From Lingula anatina (lineage: Eukaryota > Animalia > Brachiopoda), in assembly GCA_051362555.1 (NCBI GenBank), contig CM120643.1, positions 7,750,001-7,814,000 on the forward strand: a stretch of 64,000 nucleotides of DNA. Direction: 5' to 3'. The notes beneath the pieces were generated by a model that saw only the letters and a list, made by a program, of their open reading frames with translations, was not told the DNA's origin and did no database searches. Shown piece after piece: positions 1 to 13,404 of the stretch (positions are counted from its first letter, which is position 1; every line of letters starts with the position of its first letter). Position numbers and translations under genes: made by a program.

Positions 1-59
1 ATCAAATAAACTGCAAAGAAATATATTAAAAAATAAACTTTCCAAATAAAGTATTGTTG

Positions 60-172
60 TAAGTCAAGGCAGAAGCATACACTGTACCAGTACTGAAAAT
101 AAAGAGGTGGGTTTACAGTGCTTTCTGAAACTCAGGATGGTAGTGCTAGTTCACGTAAGTGGACACTCCATG
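60..172 (-). mobile_element. Possible degenerate L2-clade LINE 3' end
   Basis: The minus strand reads EFQKAL*THLF, resembling the FKxxLKTHLF terminus of L2 ORF2. Short and interrupted. Confidence 0.35.
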
Positions 173-833
173 GGGGGTGTGTGTTACTCATAGTTCAGTT
201 CATATATTACCATTTCGACAGATGACTCAAAAGAAACAAGAAAAAGGCCCACTTAAAAATTATATAAGAAGGAATAACGTCAGTTCTTCATTTTATTGCC
301 TCACCTTCATAAGGCATTGGGTAATTGCAGATGAAAAGGGAATGGCAAAACTGAAGTAGATGACTGCGTGCAATCTTGCTAGATCTCCAAGGGCGCTTTT
401 AATCTACAGCGTCAACATTCTGAAGCATTTTGTAAAATCTTCACCAGTACATTGCATCGTGATGTGAACAGTGAACAACTGACACAGTCGATAACATATG
501 TGTCCGTCACTTTAGATGTCTCATCCTGAATTCACCGATTAAGTTTGTCAATAGAATCTAAAACAAAACCAACTAAGAAAAGTGTCCTGATGTATGGTGA
601 AACTCAGTGTGCAGAACGTTTGATGAAAATTCCGACTTTTCAGCGTCACCCTTTGCCTAGTCTACGCCATATAAAAATTGTTTAGTATAGATGGCGCTAT
701 GCAAGAGGTGAGACTTAGGATTTGTAAAGGACTGCGGCCAGTATCAGCAACAGGTTCACCGCCTGCTTTCTAAAAAACTCGTGCGAGGAACCGCAATAGA
801 TATGACCAGGGTCCAGGCACTGTGATATAGACT

Positions 834-1415
834 TGCCCTTCAAGAAATCGACGGAAAATAGCTCTTTTTCAATTTTGAATGGGCACTGTAGAAAACATAT
901 AACAGCTAAAGCTCTCAAAATAAGCACATATGTGTGATATCATGTGAAGAATAAGTTCTGTAAATTTCAATCCAAGCAGTTGAGTACATTTTGAGACAGA
1001 ACGCTTTAAATGTGCAGCAAACCGTAACGCTAATCCCTTCAAGATCTCGACGAAAACCGAAAGTGCGTCATGACGTCACTCGCTTGTACTTGGAAAGCTG
1101 CTGGGTGATTTTCCGATGAGAAATATTTCGTGGCTTATACAAATGTTCGGAAAATGACCATGCAGATAAAAGAAAATTCACTAATCAAAATTGAAACTGC
1201 GTAATTACATAGAAAAGCATTGTGCATTCCTGACCTCGACTTCTCAGTGTAAACAAAGTGTACTGAACGCATCGCAAGCAAGCACGTGAATGCCGCGTTT
1301 GATACTTTGTATCAGACGCTTCATTTTACTTGACAACACAGTGTTTACGATGGGCTGACAGGAAAAACAGTGCAAAAACACGCATTTCCGGTTTTCGTCG
1401 ATTTCTTGAAGGGCG
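834..1415. repeat. Dispersed ~25 bp direct and inverted motif copies, probably inside a non-autonomous DNA transposon
   Basis: GCCCTTCAAGAAATCGACG(G/A)AAA at ~836, a related copy at ~1036, and the reverse complement at ~1392-1414. Element ends not found. Confidence 0.4.
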
Positions 1416-3359
1416 AGTCTATATATCAGTCTGTCCGCAGATTCCGAGCTGCGCGTGCACACTGTCTGAAGCGACGGCCATTTTCGCACTACTTTCAGCA
1501 AAATCGAGTGAAAATGGACGACTTTTGAGCTCTTCGTATTTTCATGTGTATTTTTGTCAACAGTTGGTGTGATTAAACGATATATATATAAAAAGAAGCG
1601 GGAATATCTAAGGATTCGGAATTTTAAGGTTAGTTGTCATAAAAAATAGATTCAGAACGGTAAAATGGAAGATTTATCCACGCGGGTGATTGCAAATGGT
1701 GTCCCGTTTCAGGTGTCCGAAATTTTCTATTTAAAGATTTCTATTAGAAGTTTAAATTGTACAAATTTTTAAAAACTAAATCATGAAAGCTTGTTAAACT
1801 GGCTTTCTGGCAGTATATATATATTGAAGATTCAGCTTTGTCCATTTTTTTTAGCGCGAGGTGAACTCGACGCCAAGCACTCGCATTTTTGAAGCGTGAA
1901 ACACTAGGGTGTTTCAATTTAAACAAAATTGCTACAATGTTGAAATCACCAGCGTTTTATATATATTCTAAAAGGTAAACAAGTGTGCTTTGTGTTGATA
2001 TGGAACACATGTTGCGTTTGGGTCCCACCTCGTTGGCAAAGTGTTCATATTCCCGCGAAGTCGGTGTAAAAGTCGGCAAAATCGATTTTTTCAAGTGCAG
2101 TAAGTTACTGTGATTATGTATCGCAGGAAACGCAAAATATTTTCAAACAATTACATCCTGCAGAAAGATAAGATCATAAACTTTCAAATGATATATCATA
2201 AGGTATATCTCCTACAATTTTTACCCATTTTGTGTGGGGAAATAAGTGCATCTCCAAAACGACGACAAAAATGGAACCCCATTTTCATCATAATTTATAG
2301 CGTCACGTGACCAACCTGAAGCACTGACCCGACTTGGCAAGACTACAAGTTTTCTTAAATATTCTGAATATCAGAGCAAACAAGTTACAATAAAATTAAA
2401 ATACGAAAAAGTGCTGTGCATCTAACATCAGAAATATTCCAAGAGTTTTATGCTTCATTCTTAAAACATCAAAAATTGTATAGTTATGATCCACCCCACA
2501 AGAAATCCAGTGTGAATTTTGACTGATATAGAAAGATATTGCTAGATCTAGTTATAAAAAAAAGTTTTTTTTTTTTTAATTGGATAAATATTTACAATGA
2601 AGTACTGGCCTATGGCCAGGTTGTACTTTTTAAAGCCTGAAAGGGTTTTGATAAAAAAAATCATTCAACTCCGGTTTATTCATTATATTAAGATCTGCAC
2701 TTCTGCCTTGTTCTCTTATTTTACTGCTCAATATTTATTTCTATGTACTAGTACTATTTTTGTCTCTTACATATTAAACTATTTAAAATAAGACCCTTAC
2801 AATTGTAATTTGAAAAAAATATCCCTAATCTATTTAAATTTTACATTTCTCTTTTTAAAAGTGCAAAAATTTTAAATCTGTGTGATAAACAAAACTAAGT
2901 AAACATTTAAAACTCATGTCCTTAAAGCACTGTCCCTGGGAAATGCTCATTCAGCCTCATGAATATGCACTGAACTTTTTGAAAGTTTTTTTGAAACTTT
3001 TTGCCTTTTAAATTAAAGCAGTTAACAAGGCTCCAATAAACTCGTTGGCCAACTTGATATGTCTATTCTGAGGGCAGGAGAAGCACCTGCCCCAGCAAGT
3101 TATGAATATTGCTTTAGCCAAAACTGACATACAATCAAGATCATCCCCAACTGAAAATTCTTGAATATAATTTGTAATTAAATACATATCAAAGTGCATT
3201 AAAAATGAAAAAAAAAAAAAAAACTTCAGTATACGAGTATGTTTCAATTTTTTTATATCCTTAGAATCTTCAATGGCCAGGTCATTTACCTGGATATGAT
3301 AGTCAGAAAACAAAATCAATTTTCAAGTTCAAATTTGGGCTGTTTTCCCAGAGTGCCAC

Positions 3360-3900
3360 CCTGCCACTCAGTGGTTGATAGATTCCTTGACTAAACGATC
3401 ATCAAAACTTAGCCCCTATAAAACTGCTGTCAAAATTTTGTTAACTTAAGCACAATATTCCCCAAACTTGACCTCCAGTCAGATTCGGTTCTTTTGAGAG
3501 CACTGTATCCTCTCTCCACCTGAGAAGTGGACAGGCTGAACAAGGCAATTTCAATAATGTATGTATTCTAATCTCTGTCTGGTCTCCTAGCCTTGAAACA
3601 AATCAGTACACATATCTTTAATTACTTTTATTCACTATAAACATGCCACCTATGTGCTCTTTAAAGGCAGGCCACTCTCAATGGAAGTCTTTTGGGTCAA
3701 AGCCCATCCTGTATAATACTTGAAGAAAATAATGTTCCAGAACTTGTCTGCTATGAGAAAGGTTTCTAGGGTAAAAAATATCCAAGACTCTACAAAACAC
3801 CATCTCTTGTTCAGTCACACCTGCATCAACAGCACCATCAAACAAAATCGTATAGAAAATAATTTTCCCTGGTCTTGACCAGAACACCTCTTCCCTTATT
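3360..3900 (-). pseudogene. Internally deleted hAT transposase fossil (ZNF862/C17orf113-like)
   Basis: Minus strand FYTILFDGAVDAGVTEQEMVFCRVL matches the first catalytic D motif (FxxxxDGSTDxxxxEQE). It is followed by EWPAFKEHI and, at ~3560-3450, IEIALFSLSTSQVERGYSALKRTESDWRSSL, the hAT dimerisation motif. Stops are present. Confidence 0.7.
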
Positions 3901-5127
3901 GTCAGCTGATATGAAATTCGGGAATCTGTTAAAAATAAATAAAATAAAATGATAAAATCATACATGTAGAAACAAGAAATTTATACAAAGCAGATAAAAA
4001 CTGAAATTTAATGAAAAATCTATAGATTTAAAAAAAAAAATCACCTCATTGTCAGTCTCACACCAGTTGTTTATCAAAGTAATTTCTTACCATACTATAT
4101 AATAATAATAATTCCTTGGTCCTACTACTAGTACACATTTTATGTAAACAAAGTACAACTGTAACTTTGCAACAAAATGTAACATTCACTAGTACTGAAC
4201 GTCAACAAGTGCATCTGAACTATGCGAAGGGAGGTTACTCCAAAATCATTTCTATACATTTCGGCGCTTATATGAAACATAGTGAATTAAAAAAAAAAAA
4301 GACTCACCTTTTAGTCGGCAAACCCAAAGCTATGTAACTTGAAAGGCAGATTTTTCCATTCTAAAACCATATACACTGTATGTTAATTATGGTTGATCTC
4401 CAGCACCGATGTCTTTTTTCACGTATTATTTTCCATTACAACTCTCACTATGACAGTGACACATTGTATACTATAAATATACACTTGAAAAGCCGAACAT
4501 TCAATTTTTTTCAACCGAAATGCAAGATTTACCGAGAAAAACGCTTTCCAGTCACTTGCTCAGTGCAACGTGACAGTCCCAGTTTCGACTGACCCACATA
4601 GTTCGCACTAAAATAGGGATTTCACAAAAAAGGACGGTTGTACAAATTTTTTATTCTTTTTGGCTCAATTCCAGCATATATTGTTGCATAAATCGTTATA
4701 ATATCAATAAAGTAAGTTTGTCCATTTTTTCTACAATCATTTCATTTTTGGGTACAAAATTACACGATCTGCTTGAGAAAAATGCGTGTGCTATTTTTAG
4801 ACAACTGATACAAGGCTTTCGTCGAAATTGAAATGTTTATTTTACATTGTGCGTTTACATCAAGTTCTAAATTTTATTTTTTGAAAGTTTCAAGCGGATT
4901 AATGAGTTATTCACAGAGCTTCATGGATTTATATAACAACTACGGATTTTTGGAAACATGGCGCGAAACACACGTCGCGGACTATTTTGTGCAAGCGCGT
5001 AGGTGTTTTTGTAATGATCACCGCTTACGCATTGATATGCCAGATCTGCGGACAGACTGTATTACGATATATTGTGATTTCTATTAGTAGAAAGACTCAA
5101 GGTCGAGAGCTTCAACGAAGCGTCAAT

Positions 5128-5175
5128 CTGATTGGTTTAAAGTTAAGGAAACAATACAGGAACCGTCCAATGAAA
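5128..5175 (+). promoter_or_regulatory. Paired CCAAT boxes upstream of the micro-exon gene
   Basis: ATTGG at 5131 and CCAAT at 5167, 60-100 bp before the ATG at 5233. Confidence 0.35.
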
Positions 5176-5232
5176 TTCTTTTATACAATAATTATTCCTG
5201 TTTATTGTTTTAGTAAACAAAGCAAACAGACA

Positions 5233-6872
5233 ATGTCTACACAGCCGCTGGTAAGTTTTATTTTTTATTCAAAACTGAAATTCTGTAGCAAGTTCAATGT
5301 AAGCCCACACAGCGCCTTTTCATCCGTCGTTCATTTTTATGTGATTAATTAATATTCTAAATGAAATTCTTAAAAATTTCTTGTCACATGACGATTTGCT
5401 GATCATTCTGGTAATGGTACAAATGTATATATACTATATATAGTTTACATCACAAACTACCAAATAAAGATACAGAATTCTATGTATCCCGTTAACATGG
5501 TTTCTTTAATTTATTGTACATATTGCAGATGATAGCTGATATGGAAAATGAAATAAGAATACAGTGTGCTCGTAAGTTGTGTGCGTGTTTGTATAATCAG
5601 ACTGTATGAATTTGGAGACCTAGCTAATGTGCACTAACTCCATGGAAACTCTCACTGAATACAATCAGATTAACAGACTAACACACTTCTTTTTGTCTCC
5701 AACATACTCCAACATACTCACATAAATGGTATTCCTAAAAATTCAATTTTGTTCTTTAAGGTGATACGAAAGAATGAATAATGTAGCAATTGTTAAGACC
5801 CTGAGCATTGAGGAACTAGGTAAGGCTGGAATCTTAGTAAAATAATTATGAATTTTTATATACTTGCACACACGCATGCACTAACAAACACACATGCACA
5901 TACACACTGCAAGCAAGTTGCTTAAGCAATGTCTATTTTTTAGCATACTTAAGAAGGTTATTTATTTTTAAGTCAATTAAATCTTTGAATGTGTCTTCAT
6001 CAAAGTGTAATGGGCCTACTGAATCCTTTTTGAACAGGCACAGATATGGAATGTTAAGTTTGTATTTTAAATATTAAAATATTATTAAATATCATTTTTT
6101 TTCTTTAGTTGATATCAAAGACACAAAGGCTCTGTTCTCACAACTTTTAGATCGATCTATCACCGCGGGGAGTCTCACTAGATTACTGTCAGATAATCCC
6201 CCTTAAGTGTCCGTCCCCGCCTACTACAAGCTTTAAGGGGTAATTAACTTTCGTGTCTGCCCAGCTGACAGCTATTTAGCGTGAACCCCCAGGGAGTTAG
6301 GTCGATCCAATGTAGGTCGATCTAATCTATGAGAATGGGGTGAAAGAGTGTGTCAGATGCTGAGGGCAGTGAGGAGAGAGGTAAGACAGTAAGATCAATT
6401 AAACAGGTGTTCATTTAACACACTTAAAAATTTACATACACACAAACAGGCTCTCAGACACAAACAGGGGCAAATTGAGGTCATCTTCTGGGTCTTCTGG
6501 AAGATGGTCAGAAGTTTACATTGTTGGGGATTTAATTTTTTGTCAGAAGTCCACAATGGAGGATGGATCAACAAACATAATTTGCAAGACTATCAGAAAA
6601 TCTCTCTAGATTGGGCCCCTTACAAACATTGTGTTTTTATTCCCTGTTCAGTGATCTAAATCTTTGAATACATCTTTGACTATGGTATTGAATCCTTGTT
6701 GTGCATGGGCATGGAATGCTGAATTTGTGTTTAATTTTTTTCCTTCAGTTGATGTCAAAGACACAACAACCATCACAGAGGATGTGAAGGAGAGAGGTAA
6801 GACAGCAGGGTCAATATAATAAGTAGCTGTTTATGATACTGATGATATGTGATTATACATGTACATGTACAC

Positions 6873-6908
<36 letters not shown>

Positions 6909-7770
6909 AAAGGTACTGTACTTGCATGCATGTTGCACAAGCAAAGTCTGGCTTTTGACAGACTGAAGAACATACTTTATCTTCTAAAGAGTAAATGCCT
7001 TTGCTGTGTATAAAGATTGAACATGCATAATGTTGTCTTGAAAATTCAATTCAATTCTGTTCTTTTAGTTGATACCAAAGTGAAAGATAAGAACAATGTA
7101 ACACCTGTAAAGACACTAAGTATTGAGGAGATAGGTAAGACAGGAATCTCGGTACAATAGTTATGACTTTTAATATACTAATGAAATATCCGTGCACACA
7201 CACTGCAAGCATGTTGCTCAAGCAAAGTCTTAAGTATTATATACTTAAAAAGATAATTTATTTTTAAGTCAATTAAATATTTGGATGTGTCTTCAACAAA
7301 TTGTGTTAAAATATTGAATCCTATTTGAAGTTTTTATTTGAAATCATTTTTTCTTTAGGCAATATCAAAGATAAAAAGATTGAGTCAGATGCTGAGGGCA
7401 TCAAAGAAAAAGGTAAAACAATGAGCTTTGGACAATTTAACAGGGATTCATTTGAGACAGTTAAAAATGTAAACACCCACAGATGGACTTTTGGGGGGGG
7501 GGGGGGGGAGGGGGGAGACTCATGCACAAACACTGAGATTTATGAATTAATTCAGGGATCTAAAACTTTGAATGTGTCTTTGACTATGTTTAATAATGTA
7601 TTGACTATTGTTGTGCACAGGTATGAAATGTTTAATTTGTTTTCCTGTCTTTCTTCAGTCAATATCAAAGACAAAATCTGTGACAGCAGGTGTGAAGGAG
7701 AGAGGTAATACAGTAGGACCAATAGAATAGGGATCTATTTATTATGTGATTGTGTATGTACACACATGTG

Positions 7771-7813
<43 letters not shown>

Positions 7814-10390
7814 CTTATGTTGTGCCAACACAGTTTGTACTTTTGGCAAGTTTAAAATGATACTTGGCAAATTTGTTTATTCCAAATACTGGTAAAAGTG
7901 TTACAATGCAGCTCCATACATGAAATATGATGTGGCACTGACTACTTATTGAATGTTATATAATAATAATAATAATAATAATAATTTATTGAGCATTAAA
8001 ATGTGTACAGTTACATTTTACAAGCTCTCTAAACTACAGTTTTACATAAATTGTGCACATAAGCTTAAATAAGTATAACTACTTTAGATCATTCAAATAC
8101 TTAAATACATATTAGCTAACTACTTCATACATATAGCTCACAATAGTAAACATATATTATTGAATCGTAGTAAGTAATATTGTTTTATATATTTCAGCTC
8201 CAAAGAATTGCCACCAAGGGTGTTGAATCTGTTCACGTCTTGCTTCAGGCACAGGCCAAGAACATAAATGGTTAGTATTATCATTATTATTATAATAATA
8301 ATTATTATTATTATTAAATAAATCAAATAACTTCAGACATTTAGAAATGAGGAAATTGCAGTAGTATTTTTGAAAAGGACAGATTTATTATGTTTTTTAA
8401 ATAAGTTTTGATTGTCTCTTTGTCTTTTAAAATTGTATAATAATTAAGTAAGCTTTCAGTTTTTTATAAGAAAACTTTGTCAAACAGCTGGTAAAACTGT
8501 ACATGAAAGCAGTAATTATATGATAGCAGCCAAGAGCTGATGGATGTAAAGTTACTCTCAACATCTTTTTACAGCTAATAGATTTTAACTGAATTATATT
8601 TAAAAACCTTTAAAATGTCATTCTCGTAATTTCAGAATAAAATATACATTTTGTACATTTTGTTTTCCTTTCTTTTCTTAAATGAGGATACTGTTGGGGA
8701 GGGGTGATCAAAGTTCATGGGAAATAAAATCATCAATTCAAAAATTTACGAGTCATGTGCATGAAGCTTCACGGATCACCCTAAATAAATGGTAGCTACA
8801 GTGGAGGAACAGGAAAAGAACTCGAATGTTATTGACGCCGCCAGTAAAATAACCAGAGATCTCCCCTAACTGGATGGTATCTTGGAAGACAGAATGGAGA
8901 AAACAACAAAAGGAATTATGGACGGGTCCCATCCATTCAGCAAATTCTTTTTTAAAATTCTTACCAAGCAATAGTAGACTTTTAACACACAGGGTCAGTA
9001 AATGGTTTTTTAAGTAGTTTTTGCCTCTCTGCAGTATCTAATATTAATTCTTCTTTTCAGCCTAGGTCATAAATATTATAATGTCCAGTTCTTTATTTAA
9101 TTTGACCTCTCAAATGAAAACAATTTCATATTTTGATATTCTTATTGGCTGAATAAATTTTTATTTTATTTCACTTGGTGGAAAAAAAAACAAAGATCAA
9201 CATAAAGTGCCCTATGCTGGACTTTTAGTGGTAGACAGCTTAAAATTTCTTCCCCAAAAAGAAGATGTAAAGAATATACTAGTACATTTCATAAGACAGA
9301 AATCGAGCTCATATGTCTCCAAACAAGCCAGGAGTCGAATCCTCATAGCAGGCGACCACTAAACCACGGAAGGATACACCTAAGTCATAGGGATGCTGAG
9401 ACTGACCTTGACCCCTCTAACCCCTCCTCCCACTCCCCAATAATACCACCCTGATATTCATACATTTTTCTACAAGTTTGTGTTGATGGTTTTTATTTTG
9501 AACAAGATGCCGATACAAATTTCAAAAGTGACAATCTGCAGATTTGTTTTAATTTACATATCTGGAGCTCCTGCTACTTACAAATGCCTGTGACGAGTTA
9601 AATTACTTTCCATGTTCAGCAACACGTAGTATTCTATATTATTAAAGATATTTCAAAATAGAATTAGACACGTACATTCTCTAGGAAATTGTATATTTTC
9701 TTTAATTAGACTTAGGAAATAATCATTACAATGTACAATACAATACAAATCACTTCTCACACACACATTTCTCAAAAACATATCCAGGTATATCTTTGAA
9801 TATTTGATATCTTTATTGTGAACAAGTATGGTTTCCATGTTATTCTTCAGTTGATGTCAAAGACACAAAAACTCTGACAGAGGACATGAAGGAGAGAGGT
9901 ACGACAGCAGGGTCAATATAATAGGAATCTATTTATTAAACTGATGGAATGTGATTGTGCATGTGTGCACACACACTCCTTACGTTGTGCCAACACATTT
10001 TACACTTTTTGCAAGTTCAAAATGATACTTGGCAAATTTCTTTATTCTTAACAGTGGTTAGTGTGTCCATGCAGCTTCATACATAAAGATAATGTTGCAC
10101 TAATGACTTATTCAAGGTTATATATAATTGCATCTCATAATGCCCCCTTTCTGGCCAATTTTAATTAATTAAATATATTCAGAAAGTGATGGCAGCATTA
10201 ATATATATCCAGTTAACTAGAAGAGCTTTGTATCCACTTTCAAATGATAGTTTTACAATTTCATGTGCTTGATACAGTCATGTAATCCAAATTTTATTTT
10301 TGTTCTTCAGTAATGCACATCCAAACTCTCCAAAACTCTACATTAATTTCAAGGATACAATGCCATCTCATCCCTGTTAAATACCAGTGA
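5233..10390 (+). CDS. Micro-exon gene or partial pseudogene encoding a K/D/E/T-rich repeat protein
   Basis: AG/GT-bounded exons: 5233-5250 (MSTQPL), 5529-5571, 5761-5819, 6109-6380 (MITE inside), 6749-6796, 7069-7134, 7359-7412, 7659-7704, 9851-9898, and 10311-10390 (TGA; least certain). Internal exons are mutually homologous and phase 1-1 (48, 54, 66 nt). Two are frameshifted (59 and 46 nt). Confidence 0.6.
6128..6342 (+). mobile_element. Harbinger-type MITE, family A, inserted in a micro-exon
   Basis: Near-colinear with 33076-33290, imperfect TIRs, flanked by AAA/AAA. Removing it and one AAA restores a 54 nt exon homologous to 7359-7412. Confidence 0.8.
8780..9055 (+). mobile_element. Rex1/Babar-type LINE 3' fragment
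   Basis: Homologous to 15070-15330 (shared GAGATCTCCCxxAACTGGATGGTATC and TTTAAATTCTTACCxAG), with frameshifts. Confidence 0.65.
9327..9374 (-). mobile_element. Possible tRNA-derived SINE head
   Basis: The minus strand has A-box-like TGGTTTAGTGG and B-box-like GATTCGACTCC, but no full cloverleaf. Confidence 0.3.
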
Positions 10391-10679
10391 ACTGCAAACA
10401 AATACCTGGGTTTTTGCTATCAAAAATGCTACACAAAGCAACCCAAAAAGAATGTTAAAACTCTAAACAGATTAAGATACATTCTTTTCTTGTAGGCAAT
10501 ATTTATAAGACCTTATTTGCATTTAAACTATGTAATGTACCATAAAGTCCATTTCTTTAATACTCAGGAGTAAGAATTACTCAATAATAGTGTTTGTAAA
10601 AGCAGAAACTAGTAGGTAAAATACTTAATGGTTCAACATTTTAAAGACTAAAAACTGAAGGACAAAAGTAGACACCTTA

Positions 10680-13328
10680 TTATCTGTTGTTAAAATACTG
10701 AACATATGCTTCTCTTATGGCTCTGGCATCATACTGTCTCATGTCATGTCCTGGTTGGTATCCGTTATGATTTCGATCTTCCTCCACCAAGTCCATCCAC
10801 TCCTGGTCAAAGCCTTCATTGTGAACCAGAACAACATTATGCAGTGTTAAGCATGCCAGGATGAGCACTGGCACAAATTCAGTTTCAAAATCTAGCCTGT
10901 GTTGAAGTATCTGCCATTTCCCTTTGCATCTTCCCAAACATCCCTCAATGCACATTCTTCCTCGAGTGTGGCAATAGTTGAAGTTCTTTTGAGCTTGAGT
11001 AAGTACATCAAAGTCTGAAAATGCTTTTAACAGCCAAGGTTTGAGGGGATAGGCAGGGTCACCTATAATCAAAATGGGCACTTCTACTCCATTTATCAGT
11101 CGACTTGACGGGGGGAATAAAGTCCCACTTTCTGCCTTTTGAAAGATGCTTGACTGTGCTAGTACTTGTGCATCTTGGACTCGTCCTGGCCAGCCTGATA
11201 CCACATGCAAGACTCTTAGTTCATGATCACATATCACCTGTAACGGAAAGTTGAAAAAATATACAAAATGTGACAAAACTAAAATAATATTATAATAAAT
11301 GCTGCTTCTAAAATCTAGTGAAAAAAAAGCCACATATAAATTAGAGCTGAACTCAACCTCCCAACATTTGAACACATTCCAAGACTATGAAGTTCTAATA
11401 ACACAACTTAACACCACCAAAAAGTGTTGTAAAGTAATGAGGATATTTTTCATGTGTATTTGTAAGAGGGGTGGGAGTGGAATAGGTGTAACTGTACTTA
11501 TTGGACACCTTTTGGCTATTAAAGGACCAAGGATCCTAGAGAGAATCATGCACGCTGTATATTTATTCTCCTTTACCTGACTAACAATGGAATAAAAACA
11601 TTTCTGGTTGTAGTAATCAGTCTTGTTTTGGCTTGGAGCAATAATGGGCACGTGTGTTCCATCAATAGCCCCTGCACATTGTGGAACACCCCATTTGGCC
11701 TCAAATCCCTCCACAATATTTTGTAGTCTTCTCCCACTGGGCATCTGAATGAATTTAGGAGAAAGATGGGTGGCTATGGCCTGCACAGTTTCTTGGAAAA
11801 TGGTGCAGGCTGAAGACATTCCAATTCCAAACAAATGCCCAATGCTTCTGTATTCCATACCAGAGCCACATATCCACAGAGTCACTGCAACCCTGAGTTC
11901 TACTGAATGACATCTAGGAAAAACAAATTTGAGTTGTTACAGCAAAATATTATATATAATGGCAATTTCATAGTCTTGGTTATGAATATAAAAATACTAT
12001 GCCTTACAATTTTCAATAACGACAGCAATTATCCATGATATTTTCCCACATTAGTTGTATTACTGTTAAATGTTACAGACATTTTTATGAATAATCTCCA
12101 ACTTGGGAATTGCAAAATTTTGTAAACAAAAAATGTGGAACTTAATTTTGCACAAATGCAAAATCGGTCATATGTTTTTCATACAACAATAACGTAACAT
12201 GACTGTATAATTGCATACTACTTGTCATTTGCCTTTAGATCAACAAGAAGACACCACAGTAAATTTTTTTTTTTTTTGCAAACATGAGCAATCATATACA
12301 TGCATTCCTCCTCTTTATATTATCCCTCAAGAATGTGCTGCCACTTACTTTCTGCGGGGGTTTTTCTCCAGAAAAGGTCTAAGATCTAGGCAAATATACT
12401 GGAATGTTGCTCTTTTCATACAAAAATTTTCCATCCAATCTCCATCCGTAAAAGTCAGATTCACAATATGTTCCCACCAGTGGCTTGATCTAAAATGTAA
12501 ATTTTGAATTTTATGTCTAGAAAAACAAACCCAGTTTTTACGATACAGACAACACCTTTAGACGTTCCTTCATCGAGGTATAGATATTTTGGCTACCTAT
12601 AGAAAAATATTTTAACTGTGCAAAATAAGACCAAAGTAAATACTAATGTGATAATGTGCAAATAATAAATTAGCACAAAAATTCATGCGTTAGCTAGTTA
12701 TAGTTAGTGCTAACGCATGAATTGTCGTGTTAATAATAAATGTGAAAAGTATGAAAATCTAAAGTCTGGAAAGTGATCCACCAGGGGTATTGGCATGAAG
12801 TGATTTACATGTACCTGTGCTAACATACAGTGGCGAGTAGCAGTGAATTTAAAATACACCGATTCTGGTTAATTAAAATCTGGGTCCCGTAACTCAAAAG
12901 CATTAGCGATATCATTGAGGCTACACACTGGGTCGAGTATGGGCGAATTATGGAATCCATACGCTTGGTTTCATTTCTTTTGATTCTAATTTTTGAAGCA
13001 AATTTTATTCGCTCACCAAAACAAATCAAATGACGCATGTTACCCACTTTTCTTTCATCCAAACAGTTCGATCAGGCGTGGGGAACAAGGCAAACATCAG
13101 CATAAGAACGAACTGCGCCCTCTGACGAGACTGCATACGCAAAAATTCTGCCATCCTCTTCCTCTGTCTACTGGGGCTGGGTATCTCCGTGAATATCTTT
13201 GGTGACATTACCTCCGTAGATAGCCGATTCATTGCTGCTCTACGGGCCAATTCATTCCTTTTTCGTCTCTGTTTTGAAAGATAATAGAACAGAAGAGCTT
13301 TTTTCCTTCGATCGCCTCCAGCCGCCAT
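10680..13328 (-). CDS. PIF/Harbinger transposase (HARBI1-like DDE nuclease), 4 exons, ~438 aa
   Basis: Exons 13328-13048, 12489-12349, 11913-11577 and 11237-10680 join in frame (1317 nt). Motifs: SSHWWEHIV, DWMENFCMKRATF, SVELRVAVTLW, GAIDGTHVPI, GWPGRVQDAQVL, IGDPAYPL, RMCIEGCLGRCKGKW. Confidence 0.9.
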
Positions 13329-13404
13329 GCTTTCTTCACCTCGAGTTTGTTTAATTGATGAGCATGCGCACTTAATATTTCTCAGGTAGCTTCCGCATGG
13401 AAAG

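Noticed and set aside
726-2633. Possible Kolobok element (AAAGGACTGCGGCCAGTA ... TACTGGCC..CTTTTTAA)
   Set aside because: The terminal match is only 8 bp and the left TTAA is absent.
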